Shown here piece after piece: positions 60,184-64,000 of a stretch of 64,000 nucleotides of DNA. Positions within the stretch are counted from its first letter, which is position 1. Every line of letters begins with the position of its first letter. The DNA is from Candidatus Dormiibacterota bacterium. GTDB taxonomy: Bacteria > Chloroflexota > Dormibacteria > Aeolococcales > Bog-877. The DNA lies in contig JBAWFE010000027.1 in NCBI GenBank assembly GCA_049591595.1, forward strand, positions 149,812 through 213,811. Reading direction: 5' to 3'. Made by a program: the position numbers and the translations under genes. The notes beneath the pieces are model-generated. The model searched no databases. It was not told the origin of the DNA and was given only the letters and a program-made list of their open reading frames with translations.

Positions 60184-60925
60184 GACCGGGGCTCGGAGCA
60201 GTGACCTGGCTCGGAGCGAGCCACCGATCATCGTCTTCGAGCAGGTCACCAAGATCTACGCCAACGGTCAGGCGGCGATCCGTGACGCCTCGTTCACGGT
60301 GCGGCCGCGCGACTTCGTCTTCGTGGTGGGGGCCAGCGGGGCCGGCAAGTCCACCGTCATCCGGCTCCTGATCCGAGAAGAGCGGGCGACCCAGGGCCAC
60401 GTCCTGGTCGAGGGTCAGGATCTGGCCCGGCTGAAGCACCGTCACCTGCCCCGGCTGCGTCGCAAGATGGGCATCGTCTTCCAGGACTTCAAACTGCTTC
60501 CCAGCCTCACCGTGGAGCAGAACGTCGCATTCGCCATCCAGGTAACCGATCCAGGTCGACCCCATCTCAAAGAGAAGGTCGGGGAAGCTCTCTACATCGT
60601 CGGACTGGAGGACAAGCTCAACGCCTACCCCACGGAACTCTCCGGTGGGGAGCAACAGCGGGTGGCCATCGCCAGAGCGCTGGTGCATCGGCCCCGAATA
60701 TTCCTGGCCGATGAGCCCACCGGAAACCTTGACCCCGACGCCGGCTGGGGCATCGTCCAGTTGCTCCAGCAGATCAACCACCGGGGAGCCACCGTGGTGA
60801 TGGCCACCCATAACCGTGAGGTGGTCGACCTCTGTCGCCGCCGAGTGCTAGCGATCGAGGACGGCCGGATCGTCCGAGATGAGGCTGAAGGGGCTTATCT
60901 CCGGGATGGGGATGCCATCTTATGA
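60184..60925 (+). CDS. ftsE: cell-division ABC ATPase FtsE
   Basis: [45 protein letters not shown]. Start uncertain (ATG 60184 or ATG 60146). Confidence 0.85.
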
Positions 60926-61818
60926 ATCCCATCCCCGCCCTCAAGTTCGTCACCCGGGTGGCGATCCAGAACATCCTGCGCAACCGCGGCATCGCGGTGG
61001 CCAGCGTCCTGACGATCACCCTCACCCTACTCGGAGCCGGCGTGGCCGTGGTGGTGGTGCACGCCCTCGACGGGGTGCTCCACACCGAGGAGTCGCAGGC
61101 TTCGGTCTTGAAGGTGTTCATGGCGGACCACGTCGCATTCGCCAGTGAGGTGAATCTGGAGCAGAACCTAGGCAACTCGCCCTCGGTCGCCAAGACCACC
61201 TTCGAGAACAAGGATCAGGCGGCCCAGCAGGCCGGCAGCAGCCTCGGTCTCACCCAGGCGATCAATCTGCTGGAGAAGTCGGGAGCCGGCAACCCGCTGC
61301 CCGCATCGATCAACTTCCAGCTGCGCAACATCAAGGCGGTCTCGCAACTGAACCGCGAGGTCCGGACGTCGGCTCTTCTGGACAGCGGACCTCACCCCAC
61401 CGACTACAACGCCGACGTCGTCCCCCGCCTGGAGCGCTACATATTTGTGGCCCAGCTGGGCGGCGGGCTGGTGGTGGGCGTGGTCGGCGCCGTGGCACTG
61501 GTGATCATCACCATCTCGGTGCGAACGGCGGCCTACGTCCGACGGCGAGAGATCGAGATCATGAAACTGGTGGGGGCGACCGATTGGTTTGTGCGCTGGC
61601 CCTTCGTGCTGGAGGGAGTCATCGTGGGGGTGATCTCGGCGCTGGTGGCCTCGCTCATCCTGCTCGGGGTGGGCTTCGGATTCGGCGGCGGCCAGGGCTT
61701 GGCCCTGGGGGTGGGGGCCAGATTTGCCCTCCTCACCGTCTTGGCCCTGGTGGTCGCCGGGGGCGCGCTCGGTTCGGTCGGTAGTTTCGTCGGGGTGCGG
61801 CGCTCGCTGGCGACCTGA
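60922..61818 (+). CDS. ftsX: cell-division permease-like protein FtsX
   Basis: The ATG overlaps the ftsE stop (ATGA). FtsX topology and the motif EIEIMKLVGATDWFVRWPF. Confidence 0.85.
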   Translation: MNPIPALKFVTRVAIQNILRNRGIAVASVLTITLTLLGAGVAVVVVHALDGVLHTEESQASVLKVFMADHVAFASEVNLEQNLGNSPSVAKTTFENKDQAAQQAGSSLGLTQAINLLEKSGAGNPLPASINFQLRNIKAVSQLNREVRTSALLDSGPHPTDYNADVVPRLERYIFVAQLGGGLVVGVVGAVALVIITISVRTAAYVRRREIEIMKLVGATDWFVRWPFVLEGVIVGVISALVASLILLGVGFGFGGGQGLALGVGARFALLTVLALVVAGGALGSVGSFVGVRRSLAT

Positions 61819-61912
61819 TCCAGCCGACCTGCCCGACTTCGACCAGCCGACCCGATTGCTGGCGGCGCTAGGATGGCGCGGGTCCTCGCGAGTTGATGGA
61901 GGCAGGCAAGCG

Positions 61913-62917
61913 ATGGCACTGACCGAGTCGGCGCCGGTGGGGGTAGCGGGGCTCACGCGCGACCGGCTGCGATCGATGTATCGGGACATGCTCCTCGGCC
62001 GACTCCTCGACCAGCGGGTGCTGGTTCTCAATCGGCAAGGAAGAGCGCCGTTCGCGATCTCAGGACAGGGCCACGAAGGAGCCCAGGTAGGAGTCGGGTA
62101 CGCCCTTCGGCGGGACTACGACTGGATCATTCCCTACTACCGCGACATCTCCCTGGTGCTGGTGATGGGAATGGAGCCGCGAGACCAGCTGCTGGCAGCT
62201 CTCGCCAAGGCCGGGGATCCCAACAGTGGCGCCCGTCAGATGCCCGCTCACTACTCCTCGAGGAAACACAACATCGTGACTGGCGGGAGCCCGGTGGCGA
62301 CCCAGATCCTGCACGCAGTCGGAGTCGCCCAGGCATTCAAGTACCGCAAGGAGGACCGGGTGGTGGTGGCCTCGGTGGGAGAGGGGGGCACCAGCGAGGG
62401 TGACTGGCACGAGGGACTCAACTGGGCCGCCATCCACCAGCTGCCGGTGATCTTCCTGGTCGAGAACAACTCGTTTGCGATCAGCGTCCCGCAGTCCCTG
62501 CAGATGGCGGTGGAGCACGTGTCCGAGCGAGCGTCCGGCTACGGGATGCCCGGGCAGTGGGTGGATGGGGGCGACGTCCTGGCGGTGTACCGAGCGGCCA
62601 GCGAGGCGGTCGCGCGTGCCCGTCGCGGAGGCGGCCCGACGCTTTTGGAAGCGGCCTGCGTCCGGCTCCAATCCCACAGCAGCGACGACGACCAGCGCCG
62701 CTACCGCAGCCCCGAGGATCTGGAGGAGATGCGCCGGCACGACCCGCTGGAGCGCTTCCGAGCGGACCTGGAGTCAAGCTCGATCCTCGCCGAGGGAGAG
62801 GCGGATCAGATCCGCCTGGAGTGCCAGAGCCTGATCGACCAAGCCCAGGACGAAGCCGACCAGGCACCGGCTCCGGACCCGTCGACCGCCCTTCAGCATG
62901 TCTACGGCGAGGCCTGA
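61913..62917 (+). CDS. 2-oxo-acid (pyruvate/branched-chain/acetoin) dehydrogenase E1 component alpha subunit
   Basis: TPP-binding region SVGEGGTSEGDWHEGLNWAAIHQLPVIFLVENN. ATG 61913 after GGAGG; the ORF is open from 61724 but that overlaps ftsX. Confidence 0.85.
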   Translation: MALTESAPVGVAGLTRDRLRSMYRDMLLGRLLDQRVLVLNRQGRAPFAISGQGHEGAQVGVGYALRRDYDWIIPYYRDISLVLVMGMEPRDQLLAALAKAGDPNSGARQMPAHYSSRKHNIVTGGSPVATQILHAVGVAQAFKYRKEDRVVVASVGEGGTSEGDWHEGLNWAAIHQLPVIFLVENNSFAISVPQSLQMAVEHVSERASGYGMPGQWVDGGDVLAVYRAASEAVARARRGGGPTLLEAACVRLQSHSSDDDQRRYRSPEDLEEMRRHDPLERFRADLESSSILAEGEADQIRLECQSLIDQAQDEADQAPAPDPSTALQHVYGEA

Positions 62918-62920
62918 TAG

Positions 62921-63910
62921 GTGACGGAAATCACCTACGTGGAGGCCGTTCGCGACGCGCTCCGAGACGAGATGCGCCGTGACGACCGGGTCATCGTCAT
63001 GGGGGAGGATGTGGGGGTCAAGGGCGGGGTGTTCGGGGCCACCGCGGGACTCTTTCAGGAGTTCGGGGAGGAGCGGGTGATAGACAGCCCGCTCGCCGAG
63101 GCGGCGATCGTCGGCGTGGCGATCGGCTGCGCCTTGGCGGGCCTCCGGCCGGTGGCGGAGATTCAGTTCCTGGACTTCATCCCGCCGGCCATGGATCAGC
63201 TCATCAGCGAGGCCGCCAAGATTCGTTACCGATCCAACAACGACTGGAGCTGCCCCATGGTGGTGCGTGCCCCCTGCGGTGGTGGGGTCCACGTCCATGG
63301 TGCCCTCTACCACTCTCAGATGCTGGAGGCGCTCTTCGCCCACGTACCGGGGCTCAAGGTAGTGCTGCCGTCCAATCCCTACGACGCCAAGGGCCTGCTG
63401 CTGTCAGCGCTCCGCGATCCCGATCCGGTCTGCTTTTTCGAGCACAAGGGTCTCTACCGCTCGATGCGCCAGGAGGTCCCCGACGAGGAGTATCTGGTCC
63501 CCATCGGCAAGGGCCAGATCGTGCGCCCGGGCCGCGACATCAGTTGCTTCACCTACGGGGCTACCGTGCACGAGGTGGTGAGCGCGGCTGAGAGTCTTGG
63601 CCGCGACGGGATTGAGGTCGAGGTGGTGGACCTTCGCACGGTCCGGCCGTTGGACCGAGAACTGATCGTCGAGAGTGCAACCAGAACTGGCAAGGTGCTG
63701 GTTGCTCACGAGGCCAACCTGTCGGTTGGAGTAGGGGCCGAGGTCGCGGCCCTGGTTGCCGAGGAGTGCTTCGAGACGCTTGACGGCCCGGTGATGCGGA
63801 TTGGTGGACCTGAGATCCCAGCCATCCCCTTCGCCGAGTCCCTGGCAGAGGTCTACTGCCTCGGACCTCAGAAGATCGAGAGAAAGCTCAGGGAGTTGGC
63901 CGCGTACTAA
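62921..63910 (+). CDS. 2-oxo-acid dehydrogenase E1 component beta subunit
   Basis: VIVMGEDVGVKGGVFGATAGLFQEFGEERVIDSPLAE (transketolase-like pyrimidine domain) and a C-terminal transketolase_C. Confidence 0.9.
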   Translation: MTEITYVEAVRDALRDEMRRDDRVIVMGEDVGVKGGVFGATAGLFQEFGEERVIDSPLAEAAIVGVAIGCALAGLRPVAEIQFLDFIPPAMDQLISEAAKIRYRSNNDWSCPMVVRAPCGGGVHVHGALYHSQMLEALFAHVPGLKVVLPSNPYDAKGLLLSALRDPDPVCFFEHKGLYRSMRQEVPDEEYLVPIGKGQIVRPGRDISCFTYGATVHEVVSAAESLGRDGIEVEVVDLRTVRPLDRELIVESATRTGKVLVAHEANLSVGVGAEVAALVAEECFETLDGPVMRIGGPEIPAIPFAESLAEVYCLGPQKIERKLRELAAY

Positions 63911-63937
63911 GCCGGCCAATTAAGGTAAGAAGAGCAC

Positions 63938-64000
63938 ATGGCGATCACCGTCAAGATGCCCCAGCTGGGCGAGTCAGTCACCGAGGGCACAATCGGTACC
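63938..64000 (+). CDS. dihydrolipoamide acyltransferase E2 (N-terminal lipoyl domain start; truncated by window end)
   Basis: MAITVKMPQLGESVTEGTIG is the classic lipoyl-domain N-terminus. Confidence 0.5.
   Translation, partial: MAITVKMPQLGESVTEGTIGT

Overview
High-GC (~68%) chromosomal window that looks actinobacterial. Supporting this: the conserved prmC-tsaC-glyA-wecA ... atpBEFHAGDC neighbourhood and prfB-ftsE-ftsX, an F420-type PPOX-fold protein, a VKOR/Trx-like pair and GT87/DUF2029 membrane glycosyltransferases. About 63 genes could be supported from the sequence.

- **Housekeeping:** a complete F1Fo ATP synthase operon (atpZ/I-like, atpBEFHAGDC), glyA, murA, a WecA/MraY-family transferase, secA, prfB (with the classic programmed +1 frameshift that the ORF track splits), ftsEX, and 2-oxo-acid dehydrogenase E1 alpha/beta/E2.
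- **Accessory content:**
  - a tightly overlap-coupled ~13.6-kb Flp/Tad (type IVc) pilus operon: flp, cpaB, REC-TadZ, cpaF/tadA, tadB, tadC, DUF192, a second N-truncated cpaF paralog, a CAP/SCP secreted protein, a MacB-type ABC exporter (ATPase plus double-FtsX permease) and a GT87 glycosyltransferase; a soluble HisKA_3 histidine kinase lies immediately upstream;
  - a separate, compositionally lower-GC tadE-tadE-tadG pseudopilin cluster ~26 kb away, next to a synteny break (prmC without prfA);
  - a cell-envelope glycosylation/oxidative-folding cluster: GT26 WecB/TagA-like, a GT2 polyprenol-P-mannose-synthase-like gene, two paralogous polytopic membrane proteins, and a CPFC Trx-like protein overlapping a VKOR;
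  - an Fe(III) ABC importer preceded by a DtxR/IdeR-like iron box;
  - a small ArsR-P450-PEP-mutase-family-hydrolase unit;
  - divergent Lrp/EamA and ArsR/MFS pairs.
- **Other oddities:** a NUDIX hydrolase disrupted by a +1 frameshift in a C4 run, a degenerate MreB-like protein with mutated nucleotide-binding motifs, and a ~60-aa Lys/Ala/Pro-rich basic tail on the ATP synthase beta subunit.

No rRNA, tRNA, CRISPR or obvious IS elements were seen.
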